A stretch of DNA of 64,000 bases from a virus. The stretch spans positions 1 through 64,000 of IMG/VR virus record IMGVR_UViG_3300037606_000123, one strand, 5' to 3'. Under the pieces are notes generated by a model. It worked only from the letters and a program-made list of their open reading frames with translations. It searched no databases and was not told where the DNA came from. How positions within the stretch are numbered: position 1 is the stretch's first letter; the number at the start of each line of letters is the position of its first letter. The translations under genes and the position numbers were made by a program. Of this stretch, positions 1-10,348 are shown piece after piece.

Positions 1-228
1 AAAAAATATATTACGTACCGGTAATACATGTTCTATTAATGATACTGTCATGTCATTAAACTTATCTAAAAATTCAACATTATCATCATTATTATATAGT
101 ATTGGTGATAATGTTCGTTGTAATATATTTTTTGAATAATCAAATCCCGTATTTTGTAAATTATCATCATGTTTATGTCTCAACATAAACATTTCTGGTA
201 TTTCGCTATTTTCTTCTATTAAACTCAT
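1..228 (-). CDS. Hypothetical protein downstream of baseplate wedge gene, partial (runs off window)
   Basis: ATG at 228 opens MSLIEENSEIPEMFMLRHKHDDNLQNTGFDYSKNIL..., no stop before base 1; starts just after stop of 232..2127. Confidence 0.65.
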   Translation of the reverse strand, partial: MSLIEENSEIPEMFMLRHKHDDNLQNTGFDYSKNILQRTLSPILYNNDDNVEFLDKFNDMTVSLIEHVLPVRNIFF

Positions 229-231
229 ATC

Positions 232-2127
232 TTATTTTAATTGTTTTCTTTTAGTTTTTTCAGGTAAAATTAAAATATTAATTGGTGAAAATTGACCCAT
301 ACCTGGTTGTAAATTATAATAATTATTATATCTATCAGTAAATCCACCTCGAATTAATGGTAATTCTGTTTTTTCTATTAAAATATCACCCAATATCGGA
401 TCTAAACCAACAGTGTTTTGATTATCATATGATTTACCATCGCCCATAATTAATTCAGTACCTTCCGGAACTCTACCATTTTGTATGTAAAATTCTTGAG
501 ATTTAATTAAAAACTCCTTATGATAATTTTCATTTTCTTCTGAAATATATTCAACAACAACAGAATCAACACCATAAATGCTATCAATAATTCTTACAAT
601 ATCTGATGGTGGTATACGATCTCTTCTCATTTCACTAATAAAATAATCCGAAATACTAGATGTTATTTCATTTATAATATTTGTTTGTACAGCATCATCA
701 TAAATTCTTAATGTAATGTTTAATACATATTTTTTAATTAAAATATCAACAATTTTTACTTCATTTGTAATTACTTGTAATCCCTCATTTGATAAATAAT
801 TTAATATTCTTTTTTTTTCATCATTGTTTAATGTAAACAAATCTGTATCAATATTAAAATAATTTATATCAACAGTTTTACCATAATAAATTCTAATATC
901 TGGAATAATAAAAACATTAATTAAATTGTCACCACCTTCTGTTAATAATAATTTACGTAAAATTTTAATCTCATTTAAATTTTGTGCAACTAATTGTGAT
1001 AATGTTGATGAATTATCTGAATCATTAATAGTATATAATAAATCTGTGTTTTTCTTAGCCAATGTATAAATATCATTTATAATATTTGTTCCTTGTTTTT
1101 TGCTCGTATACACATCAATTATTGAAAATAAACCTAATCGTTGTAAAAAGAATTTATATTGATCTGGTCCAACTAAAACAAAGTTAGAACTAACATATGG
1201 CATTATTGATTTTAAATAATTATTCGTATCACCAACACTACCAAATGTTATATCAGTTTCAATATAAATATCAAAAAATTGTCCTGTATCAATTTCTACA
1301 TTAAATGATGATCTTGGCATATCAACAAATTTAAATTCATTTAATTGAGGATCAATTAAATTACCTTCTATTCCATTTGTTGCTAAAAATTCAAATACTA
1401 TTATTGAACCCAATTCTGGTATCATTCCTTCGGAACCGTTACCAAATATTATATCAACACCACCAGAAAATCCAGTATATGGAACATATGCTTTTTCATC
1501 AGACAACATATCAAATTTATGTTTTCTCGGTGTCCATAATTCCGAATTTACATATAAATTAAATTTGTAATTATCAATTTGTTTCCCGTTTGGTGAATTA
1601 ATAGTATATGATTGATTTAATTCGCCAGTTCCTGTAAATGACGATGTAATCCATGAACCTTGAATTATATTTAAACTTATTGGTATTTGATTATTTAATG
1701 TAAATGTTAAATCATCTTGATTTAAATCTAAAATATATTCTAAATTGTTTTTAACATTTTTTAATTTCTGTCTATTTGTAAATATAACTTTACTCCCTGG
1801 TAATTCTTCTTCTATAACAGTTCCAGCTTTTAACTTCAATTCAATACTACCACTCGCTGCTTGACCTCTACTCGGATTATACTGACCAATCTTTGCCAAT
1901 GCTCTTATAGTTTTATCATTATCATTTAATACATCATTCATGTCCATTGATCTTTGTACATTTTGTACATGTAACATATTTAATTGAAATAATTCTGTAG
2001 TTGTTGATAATAATTGACCAAATGGTGATCCCAATGTAAATACACTTCCAGCTCGATTATATCTTTTTTTCAAATTGTAAACAATTTGTTGGTATAACTT
2101 TTTAAATGTTATCTCACTTAGTTGCAT
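232..2127 (-). CDS. Baseplate wedge subunit (T4 gp6 / baseplate J-like)
   Basis: 631 aa; N-terminal SPFGQLL..IRALAKIGQYNPSRGQAASG, central TGELNQSY, ATNGIEGN, LVGPDQYKFFL match the gp6-like layout. Confidence 0.75.
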   Translation of the reverse strand: MQLSEITFKKLYQQIVYNLKKRYNRAGSVFTLGSPFGQLLSTTTELFQLNMLHVQNVQRSMDMNDVLNDNDKTIRALAKIGQYNPSRGQAASGSIELKLKAGTVIEEELPGSKVIFTNRQKLKNVKNNLEYILDLNQDDLTFTLNNQIPISLNIIQGSWITSSFTGTGELNQSYTINSPNGKQIDNYKFNLYVNSELWTPRKHKFDMLSDEKAYVPYTGFSGGVDIIFGNGSEGMIPELGSIIVFEFLATNGIEGNLIDPQLNEFKFVDMPRSSFNVEIDTGQFFDIYIETDITFGSVGDTNNYLKSIMPYVSSNFVLVGPDQYKFFLQRLGLFSIIDVYTSKKQGTNIINDIYTLAKKNTDLLYTINDSDNSSTLSQLVAQNLNEIKILRKLLLTEGGDNLINVFIIPDIRIYYGKTVDINYFNIDTDLFTLNNDEKKRILNYLSNEGLQVITNEVKIVDILIKKYVLNITLRIYDDAVQTNIINEITSSISDYFISEMRRDRIPPSDIVRIIDSIYGVDSVVVEYISEENENYHKEFLIKSQEFYIQNGRVPEGTELIMGDGKSYDNQNTVGLDPILGDILIEKTELPLIRGGFTDRYNNYYNLQPGMGQFSPINILILPEKTKRKQLK

Positions 2128-2722
2128 AAATTATTTCTATTATTTTTTTATAAACATCTTGCAATGTTGTTTGTATCATTTCATTATTTATTTGAAGCTC
2201 CCACGAATCTTTTAAACACTTTAAACTAAAATAATATGTTTCCGTATTTGTTTCTAATTTAAATGCAAATAATGTATCTAAACATGATTTATTCCCATGC
2301 GGTATAAATGTTAAATTAGATGCAAATGCTGTTTTATTGTCTTTTTTTAATGCTATATTAAACATATCTGTACCATTTAATATAAATTCCGATAATTCAA
2401 TATTTGTTTTTTCTTTTTTAATTAAATTTAACATTTTATCAAATACATCATTTATATTTTCTTCTAATGTTATAGATGTATATTCACAATTTTGTCCATA
2501 TAAATAAGAAATAACATTTTCTGTTATTTCTGTTTTTTCCTTGTTAATCCAAAATATAAATTTTAAATTAGGATAAAAAAAAGATGTATCGTTTGTTGTT
2601 AATCCTTGAATATTATAAATCAATTTCCACGAACCATCCCTTGTTTTTTCATAAACTTTATCAAAAAATAATACCTTATATTCTTTCAATAAATTCTCAA
2701 ACGAAACTATTATATCAATCAT
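2114..2722 (-). CDS. Hypothetical protein
   Basis: 202-aa ORF tightly packed in the structural operon. Confidence 0.7.
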   Translation of the reverse strand: MIDIIVSFENLLKEYKVLFFDKVYEKTRDGSWKLIYNIQGLTTNDTSFFYPNLKFIFWINKEKTEITENVISYLYGQNCEYTSITLEENINDVFDKMLNLIKKEKTNIELSEFILNGTDMFNIALKKDNKTAFASNLTFIPHGNKSCLDTLFAFKLETNTETYYFSLKCLKDSWELQINNEMIQTTLQDVYKKIIEIIYATK

Positions 2723-2727
2723 TTTAA

Positions 2728-5700
2728 TTATAATCTGTCTATTTTTATATTATATCTTTGATCAATCAAATTAACCGCTAAATCAACATTACTTATACGT
2801 ACAATTGAAATTTTATATCCTTTTAAAAATGTTAATATCGGTTTAATTTTTAAAAATCTATCAATATTAACATACGTTTCTGATGGCAATGATGCAATAT
2901 TTGTAATTGTATCATAATTCGTTAAAAATGCTGTTAATATCGGATTAACATTTATATCCATTGAAATATTTACTCGAGTTACATTTTTTACAAATAATTT
3001 AATTGTAGCATTATTATCACCTAATCCAATTATTGTAATTGAACCTATTCCATCAAGAATGTCTTTTGTAGTTAAACCAGTTGTATTAATTAATTCAACA
3101 TTCGTTACATTTCCAGATGAATTTGCAGTTACTTCAACATCAACTATATATGCTCCATCATATATCAAACCTGTAACTAATGTAGTTCCTGCTGTGTATG
3201 ATGTTCCAGGTGTAACAACCTCAGCGCCAATAATTTTATCTCTTACATATGTTGGATTATTTGAATTATTAAAAACTTCATATTGTGAACTCAAATCCAT
3301 AAATGTACCACCTGGTGTTATTGGATTTTCTTCTAATAAAAAATTATCAATATAAATTCGTGATAATATATCTACAAATGATCTATCTAAAGCGTTAACT
3401 TTAGCTATTAAATCATCTTCAACAACAAATGAAAATATTCTATCATTTGTTGAATATTTTGAATAATAAATATTTCTAATATTCCAACTCGGTATTGTAT
3501 TTAATCCAACATATGGTTCATCATATATGTTCAAACCAACACGGTTCTTTAAAACCGGTAAACTAAATTCACCTAATAATTGTTTAATATTAATATTACT
3601 TGTTCCATCATTATAATTAATATATAACTCCAATTTTTTATCATTTATTGGATGGTTTACTGGATTTGTAATTGATATTAAATCTGAATTTATTTTTGGT
3701 ATAAATAAAATATCAATTTTTTGTTTATAAAATAAATCTTTTTCAATAACTAATGATAATTTATCTTGAAGAACAGTTGGATCATATACAAATGCTGGAA
3801 CACTATTATCATTATTGTTTACAACAGTTAAAAAATCTTTACCACTTACAACAGGTATTATTTTTTCAACTTTATTAACTTGTGTCAATGTATTTATATT
3901 TGTAAATTCTGTATACATATTTTTTGTATCAAATTGATAAACATAACCATATTGCTTGTCAATGCTTGTTAATCTAACTAATGGAGGATTAGATGATGTA
4001 TCTAATGTTGCAGTAATTGTATCGGAATCACCTATTTGTAATGTAGAATATATGTTTAATAAATTTTCAATATTATCCATTCGTGCTCTAACACTTTCTA
4101 AATTTTGTTGTGTATAAACAAGTCCTGTTAATCCTTCAACTTTTGAATTTAATTCTAAATTAGAATTAACAAAATACGATAATTGATCATTAAAATATGT
4201 AATTCTTGTTAATGCTTCATAAAATAATTCCATACCAAATAATGAATAAACTTTATCTGGATCAAATGTTGGAGCTGAAACATCACTATCAATTGTAATA
4301 TTTGTATCTAATGAAAATGTAAAAGAATTACCATCTTGAAAACCGTTACTAACTAATTTTCTTATTCCTGGTATCTTTGTTTTTGCAAATAATAAATCAT
4401 TCTCTGGTGTATCTAAAAACTCAACACCATACAAATTTGTTGCAGATATTGTATTATTTCCAGTAACATCTTCAATTGTATAATACCACAATATCGCATT
4501 AAATTCAAAATCTTTAGGTGCAATATTATTAAATGATGTTGCACAATATTCATTGAATGTTTCTATTGGATAAATATAAGAAACTGGTTGAGCATAATCA
4601 TCAATATTTAAATTTAATGATAATCCATCAATTCTCGATCCATCAAAATCTGGATATTTATATGTAGGTGAAATATTATTTAATGCTGAAACACCATAAT
4701 AATATCCATCTCGTTTATTAACATTTCCGGTTTCTGTTTTATATAAAAATCCACTAGTATCAAATTGCCCCCAAATATCACCTGGAAAATTTGAAGGATT
4801 TGTTAATATTGGATTATTTGGATTCTCTCCACCTTGTATTTCAGCTTGTATTTCAGAAGGTAATATAGGAAATTCTAAATTTGGTTTATAATTATTATCA
4901 TCCATTATATTCCATAAAGCATACGGAATTTGTCCGTGTTGATGTGAAATATATGCAAATGTTTCTGTATATGATTTATCTGGTAATTGAACATTATTTA
5001 ACCCTCCAATTTCAGATATAAATTGTACAAATTGTTGGTAACTATTATACATCTCTAATTCAGAAATAGTTCCTAAACCACTTATTAAAACACCACTATC
5101 AACTTCAACTATAATTGTATCATTTAATGTTACATTTGTAGCTAATCCAATAACTTGTAATAATGATTGTGTTGATGAATACCCTAATCCTGGAATTATA
5201 TTATCAATCAATTCTTTATTTAAAATAATAAAATCACCAGGCTTAAATGTTGTCGATGCTGTTAATTGAATTGTTATAAATTGCATACCAGGATTTAAAC
5301 TCGGTAATATTGCAGGTATTGTCGTTGCTGGTGTTGAAAATGAAACATTTAATGCATCATATATTTTAGTTGATCGCTCTTTCCATAAATGTTCACGAAA
5401 ATGTGTAACATTCCCGTTAGGTCCATTATTATTATATTTCGGATTTGCACCAAAATATTCGTTTATAGGATCAGCAACTTCTAAATTAATTAAATTTAAT
5501 CTTTTACACCATTTCCAAAATATTTTTTCGGTTGTTGTTGCCGGTTCAAATGTATCATAATAATACTCTGTATTATTGATTTTAGAGTTTCTAATAACAC
5601 TTTCATGATTAGCAACATAATTTCTTAATGATTCAACCAAAGCATCCTTAAATGTAGGCGGTGCAATCGATGTGTTATTTTGCTCAAATGAATTTTCAAA

Positions 5701-5871
5701 ATCAAAAGTTTTATCTATCACTTGTTTAGGAAAATTAACTAAAACAAAATGTGATAAATACATTTTATAATTGTCATTTTGTGTCTCAAAATTCTTATCT
5801 TCTGAAACAGATGGAAAAACATACATTGTTGTTCCGTTCTTTTTCATTGGTTTATATAATGGAGTTATCAT
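2728..5871 (-). CDS. Large virion structural protein (probable baseplate/tail associated)
   Basis: 1047 aa, Asn/Thr/Ile-rich, beta-rich C-terminus (VVTPGTSYTAG); co-oriented with baseplate wedge. Confidence 0.55.
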   Translation of the reverse strand: MITPLYKPMKKNGTTMYVFPSVSEDKNFETQNDNYKMYLSHFVLVNFPKQVIDKTFDFENSFEQNNTSIAPPTFKDALVESLRNYVANHESVIRNSKINNTEYYYDTFEPATTTEKIFWKWCKRLNLINLEVADPINEYFGANPKYNNNGPNGNVTHFREHLWKERSTKIYDALNVSFSTPATTIPAILPSLNPGMQFITIQLTASTTFKPGDFIILNKELIDNIIPGLGYSSTQSLLQVIGLATNVTLNDTIIVEVDSGVLISGLGTISELEMYNSYQQFVQFISEIGGLNNVQLPDKSYTETFAYISHQHGQIPYALWNIMDDNNYKPNLEFPILPSEIQAEIQGGENPNNPILTNPSNFPGDIWGQFDTSGFLYKTETGNVNKRDGYYYGVSALNNISPTYKYPDFDGSRIDGLSLNLNIDDYAQPVSYIYPIETFNEYCATSFNNIAPKDFEFNAILWYYTIEDVTGNNTISATNLYGVEFLDTPENDLLFAKTKIPGIRKLVSNGFQDGNSFTFSLDTNITIDSDVSAPTFDPDKVYSLFGMELFYEALTRITYFNDQLSYFVNSNLELNSKVEGLTGLVYTQQNLESVRARMDNIENLLNIYSTLQIGDSDTITATLDTSSNPPLVRLTSIDKQYGYVYQFDTKNMYTEFTNINTLTQVNKVEKIIPVVSGKDFLTVVNNNDNSVPAFVYDPTVLQDKLSLVIEKDLFYKQKIDILFIPKINSDLISITNPVNHPINDKKLELYINYNDGTSNINIKQLLGEFSLPVLKNRVGLNIYDEPYVGLNTIPSWNIRNIYYSKYSTNDRIFSFVVEDDLIAKVNALDRSFVDILSRIYIDNFLLEENPITPGGTFMDLSSQYEVFNNSNNPTYVRDKIIGAEVVTPGTSYTAGTTLVTGLIYDGAYIVDVEVTANSSGNVTNVELINTTGLTTKDILDGIGSITIIGLGDNNATIKLFVKNVTRVNISMDINVNPILTAFLTNYDTITNIASLPSETYVNIDRFLKIKPILTFLKGYKISIVRISNVDLAVNLIDQRYNIKIDRL

Positions 5872-6118
5872 TTAAAAAAAATATATTTTATTACATTTAT
5901 ATATCTTATTTATATATATTCATTCAAATAAAAAAAGACCAAACATTGTTCGGTCTTTCTACTATTTAATTATTATTCTTTAGTCTTTAATCAACCAATA
6001 CATTTGCTTGTTTATTTATATCTGCTAAAATAGTTGTAGTAAATAATCTTTTACCTACAGCATTATAATTGTTGTTATCATAATTGTTTTTAATATACAT
6101 TTTTATTATATATAAATT

Positions 6119-6685
6119 ATGATAACATCAATTAACGAATTCAATGAATTTTCAATAAATTTGAAATACCATTTAGATAATCAATTACCAATAATAGAAA
6201 ATATATTTCGTCCAACATCTGTTGAATTTTTTAATCTTATTGTTGAAACTAGAAATTTATTTGATAAAAATAAAATAAATCTATCTACAGAAATAGATAA
6301 TGAATTATTTATAAATACAGATGTCGGTATTACTGCAATGTATAATAATGAAAAAATTATATTAGATTTACCACTTGAAAATATAACAATAAATGAAGCA
6401 GAATATAAAAATAAAGAAGTTCAATTAAATTACCCAAAAAGAGGTGGTACAAAAAAATATTACGTTTATGTAAATAATCCAAAAACTGACAAAGTTATGA
6501 AAATACAATTCGGTGATACAACCGGACTAAATGCAAAAGTAAGTGATCCAAAAGCAAGAAAATCTTTCGCAGCAAGACAACAATGTGCAATAAAAAAAGA
6601 TAAAACAACAGCCGGATATTGGGCTTGTAGAATTAATAAATATGGACACTTATGGGGTGGTAAAACATATCCAGGTTTCTGGTAA
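6119..6685 (+). CDS. Conserved phage protein with CTS-like N-terminus (MITSINEF)
   Basis: 188 aa; C-terminal KKYYVYV..FGD..ARKSFAARQQC..TAGYWAC motif typical of large phages. Confidence 0.75.
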   Translation: MITSINEFNEFSINLKYHLDNQLPIIENIFRPTSVEFFNLIVETRNLFDKNKINLSTEIDNELFINTDVGITAMYNNEKIILDLPLENITINEAEYKNKEVQLNYPKRGGTKKYYVYVNNPKTDKVMKIQFGDTTGLNAKVSDPKARKSFAARQQCAIKKDKTTAGYWACRINKYGHLWGGKTYPGFW

Positions 6686-6710
6686 GTAAATATAATAAAA
6701 TAAAATAAAA

Positions 6711-6977
6711 ATGCTACCATTCATAGAAAAAAAAATATTTAATAATACATTCATTAGAGAATTTAAACAAGAAACTAATGTAGGTGAATTTACATGGCAC
6801 AGAGATCAAGAAAATAGAATTATTGAAACTGTACATTTAACAGATTGGTTAATACAATTAGATAATCAATTACCAATACAACTAATAATAAATAAACAAA
6901 TAAAAATACCTAAAGGCGTTTATCATAGATTAATAAAAGGTACAAATAATCTAATAATAAAATTAATAAAATTATAA
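6711..6977 (+). CDS. Small cupin-like protein
   Basis: 88 aa; WHRDQENR and IPKGVYHRLIKG cupin-type motifs. Confidence 0.6.
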   Translation: MLPFIEKKIFNNTFIREFKQETNVGEFTWHRDQENRIIETVHLTDWLIQLDNQLPIQLIINKQIKIPKGVYHRLIKGTNNLIIKLIKL

Positions 6978-6988
6978 TATAATATTAT

Positions 6989-7801
6989 ATGATAACTAAA
7001 ATAAACGAATATAAAAATAAACATGTACATATATGCACATGCTCAAATATGTATTTCTCTAATGATAATCTAAATGATAATCTAAATGATAATCTAAATG
7101 ATAATCTAAATGAAAATATAAATGAAAATTATATAGATTTAAATACATACGATTTAAATACACTATTCAATACAATAAATAAAGAATGCTTCAATTCAGA
7201 ATTAGAACCAATCAAATTCAATGTAAGCAAATCAAAATCATTCACCGCACAATTCTCAGCATTCTATATACCAAAAACAAAATCAATGGAACCAAAAGAA
7301 ATTAAATTTTCAAATATGTTCCACTTTACAGAAGAAAAATTAAAAAATATTCTTTGCCACGAAATGATTCACTACTTTGTCGCAATGAACTATATACAAG
7401 AAGCAAGAACACAACACCACGGTATGCGATTTAAACTTAATATGCATAGAATAAATGATCTAAATCTTGGATATAAAATTACAATAACAGACGACGAACC
7501 AGGTGAACTAAATACCGAAAACATCACGGAAACAAAACCATTACTATTCGTACATGGTAAATATAATAATAAAGATATATACATTCTTACAAATATAAAT
7601 AACTATCATGCATTAGAATTAGATAAAATTATAACCAACTATAAACTATACGATGTAATAATATATGTAACAACATCTCCCCATACAAAACCATTACCAA
7701 AAACAAATAAACTAAAACTACAAGGTATAAAAACACAATACTCATACCTATTACAAAATATTATCAATGATACTAAATATACAATAATACAAAAAGACTA
7801 A
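6989..7801 (+). CDS. SprT-like zinc metalloprotease with CTS-like N-terminus
   Basis: HEMIH (HExxH) followed by HHGMRFK, the SprT signature; starts MITKINEY. Confidence 0.8.
   Translation: MITKINEYKNKHVHICTCSNMYFSNDNLNDNLNDNLNDNLNENINENYIDLNTYDLNTLFNTINKECFNSELEPIKFNVSKSKSFTAQFSAFYIPKTKSMEPKEIKFSNMFHFTEEKLKNILCHEMIHYFVAMNYIQEARTQHHGMRFKLNMHRINDLNLGYKITITDDEPGELNTENITETKPLLFVHGKYNNKDIYILTNINNYHALELDKIITNYKLYDVIIYVTTSPHTKPLPKTNKLKLQGIKTQYSYLLQNIINDTKYTIIQKD
7061..7108 (+). repeat. 12-bp tandem repeat (AATGATAATCTA)x4 encoding (NDNL)4
   Basis: Four perfect in-frame copies followed by two degenerate copies. Confidence 0.95.
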
Positions 7802-8177
7802 TATTTATATACCATATCTTTTCTCATTATATCCATATCTTTACCATATCAAACAATAATCAAAATAATATAATCTATTACAAATATACAAATTAAACGC
7901 CCCAAATGGTTTGTAATCAATAAAATATAAAGATATGTGAATACTTACATATCTTTTTTTATTCAAAAATGTATAATATTACGAGAGATAGACACTTTCG
8001 TTTTTTTTTTATCATTATAAATTAATAAGAATCAATTCTACATAATAAAAATCAATTTTACATAATAGGAAAATTTTTTTAAATGTGTGTGGTATTGAAA
8101 ACGAAAATTCAAATGTGTTTGGTATTGAGAATAAATTTATATTATGTAGAAATGTTTTTTTATTCATTTATTATATG

Positions 8178-8185
8178 TATATTTG
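8178..8185 (+). promoter_or_regulatory. Bacteroidota-type -7 promoter element TATATTTG
   Basis: Matches TAnnTTTG, preceded by T-tract, ATG 4 nt downstream; similar sites at 13407, 14365, 14406, 16921. Confidence 0.7.
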
Positions 8186-8189
8186 TGAT

Positions 8190-8717
8190 ATGAAATATTT
8201 AAGAGTAAAACTTGAAGATAACAAAAATGTTTTAGTAGATGAATCTGTTGAGATAAAAGAAGGTGATTACGTATTATTAGAATACCCAGGGTGTAAAGAA
8301 ATTAAACAACTGATTAGAGGAGTTCCTTATGAGAATGCTGCGTTTGTTAAATCGGAAATTAAATTCGATGGATGCAAGCATAAAAAATTAGTAGCTACAA
8401 TAAACCATACTATTAGTTTAGATGTACCAGGGGTTATTGTTGATATTGATGAAAAGGCAGAGGATGGTATTTATAATATGGGTCATTTATCTGATTATCT
8501 TAATTTTGTTGAAGATAATTATCACTATCACGATGATAATTGGTATGATAGAGATACAGATGAACCTATACAAAGAGCAAAAATGCTTTTTACATTTGTT
8601 AAAACATTGAAAAAAGAATACATTGAGTTAGAAACTTATATTGTATCTGATGATGATAAAAAAGAAATTATCACTACTGAAAGAGTTGATGGACAATTGA
8701 TGGTTTATGTTAAATAA
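8190..8717 (+). CDS. Hypothetical protein (paralog of 9686..10267)
   Basis: Start reassigned to MKYLRVKLEDNK directly after promoter; shares KLEDNK..LVDES.EI.EGD, TINH.ISLDVP and EYIELE blocks with 9686. Confidence 0.75.
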   Translation: MKYLRVKLEDNKNVLVDESVEIKEGDYVLLEYPGCKEIKQLIRGVPYENAAFVKSEIKFDGCKHKKLVATINHTISLDVPGVIVDIDEKAEDGIYNMGHLSDYLNFVEDNYHYHDDNWYDRDTDEPIQRAKMLFTFVKTLKKEYIELETYIVSDDDKKEIITTERVDGQLMVYVK

Positions 8718-8734
8718 TAAATAAATAAATAATT

Positions 8735-8989
8735 ATGGTATTTTATACAGGAACGAGTGAAAATGGTTCAGATATGGAACAAGTACAGGGTATGTATATA
8801 TCAGAAGATGGAAACGAATGGTCAAATCAACTATATCCTATTCATCGAGAATTAAGAAGACATTTAAATTATGTAAGATTAAATCTCAGAGAAGCACATG
8901 AAGCAATGTTAAACAATACATCTAAAGCATCTAAAAGAGTACAAAAATATTTAATTGCTAACTATAGCGCAATGAATCCTAAACATTAA
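8735..8989 (+). CDS. Hypothetical protein
   Basis: 84-aa ORF in early-type gene run. Confidence 0.6.
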   Translation: MVFYTGTSENGSDMEQVQGMYISEDGNEWSNQLYPIHRELRRHLNYVRLNLREAHEAMLNNTSKASKRVQKYLIANYSAMNPKH

Positions 8990-9061
8990 AATTATGAAGT
9001 ATTTAGAATCAATTGATTTAGATTTAACAAAATCGTGGTTATTAATACAAAAACTTTAATT

Positions 9062-9301
9062 ATGATAACAGCAGAAGAATTTTTAAAAGGTAAACCCTTT
9101 TCAATAGAGGCAATAAATCAACACATGATTAAATTCACTAAACTTCATTGCATAGAACAAGCAAGAGTGATTAGTGAAAAAGCTAAAATAGAAACTTTTA
9201 TGACTTTTATTAAAAATGTGGAATCGGCAACTTATTTAAACGATGTTTTTGTAGACAAAGACTCAATCCTAAACGCTTACGATTTAAACATTATAAAATA
9301 A
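9062..9301 (+). CDS. Hypothetical protein
   Basis: ORF 9035..9301; MITAEEFLK is the likelier start. Confidence 0.6.
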   Translation: MITAEEFLKGKPFSIEAINQHMIKFTKLHCIEQARVISEKAKIETFMTFIKNVESATYLNDVFVDKDSILNAYDLNIIK

Positions 9302-9305
9302 TACA

Positions 9306-9689
9306 ATGAATAATAACATAGAAGAAAGTCGTGTAACATTTGATGTTGCTAAACTTTTAAAAGAAAAAGAATTTGATATTGAAACAATTGAATCTTATTG
9401 TAGTAGTGTTAATGACAGTATGATAGTTAAGCTCTTTCCTAGAGTGCAACAATACAAACCTAATGTAAAAGAAGAGTGGTATGCACCAACACAACAATTA
9501 GCTATTGATTGGATAAGAATTAATTTTGGTATTTATATAATATTAGATTGGGATGGCGATGAATATTTTTGTGCTACAAGAAAAGTTGTAGATTCTAAAA
9601 TGGTAATTGATGTATTTGGTTTACGATTTAATAAACCCGAAGAAGCTAAAGAAGCAGCTATTAATCACGTTTTAACAAATTTAATATGA
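9306..9689 (+). CDS. Hypothetical protein
   Basis: 127 aa; VTFDVAKLLKEKEF..APTQQLAIDWIR..EEAKEAAI. Confidence 0.7.
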   Translation: MNNNIEESRVTFDVAKLLKEKEFDIETIESYCSSVNDSMIVKLFPRVQQYKPNVKEEWYAPTQQLAIDWIRINFGIYIILDWDGDEYFCATRKVVDSKMVIDVFGLRFNKPEEAKEAAINHVLTNLI

Positions 9690-10267
9690 AATATAAAGTA
9701 ATAAAATTAGAAGATAACAAAAGTATTTTAGTAGATGAATCTGCTGAAATAAGAGAAGGTGATTGGTTTTTGAGAGATTTTGACAATATTATTACAAAAG
9801 CTAATGTAAATAGTGACCATAAACTTTATAAATCATTTAAAATCATAGTCACAATAAACCACTATATTAGTTTAGATGTACCAATGGTCATTGTAGAAGA
9901 TGAAGTTGATGGGTTAAAATTATTAAAACAAATTGGATATGATAATCCATATATAACAGTAACTGAAATTTGGATTGCAAAAGAAATACACAAAGCAGCA
10001 CAAGAAAAAGGTGTTTATTCAGAAGATGATTTAATAAATGCTGCAAAGTACGGTTATGAGTTTAGAGATACGACGAGTTTTCCTGAGCATAAATTTGAGG
10101 ACAGTTGCATTAATAATTTTAAACAGCATTTACAATCTATCAAACAAAAAGATATTCAAGAATACATTGAGTTAGAAATGGTTATTGATTTAGACAATTT
10201 ACATAATTATAGAATCAAGACAAGTAGAAAAAGAAATGGTCAATTAATTGCTTATATAAAACATTAA
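9686..10267 (+). CDS. Hypothetical protein (paralog of 8190..8717)
   Basis: ATGA overlap with upstream gene; shared blocks with 8190. Confidence 0.75.
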   Translation: MKYKVIKLEDNKSILVDESAEIREGDWFLRDFDNIITKANVNSDHKLYKSFKIIVTINHYISLDVPMVIVEDEVDGLKLLKQIGYDNPYITVTEIWIAKEIHKAAQEKGVYSEDDLINAAKYGYEFRDTTSFPEHKFEDSCINNFKQHLQSIKQKDIQEYIELEMVIDLDNLHNYRIKTSRKRNGQLIAYIKH

Positions 10268-10348
10268 TTTTTATATTTTGAGAATTTATTTATATTTGTA
10301 ATCTAAATAAATTTTTAAAAAAATATATATAAATAAATAAATAAATAA

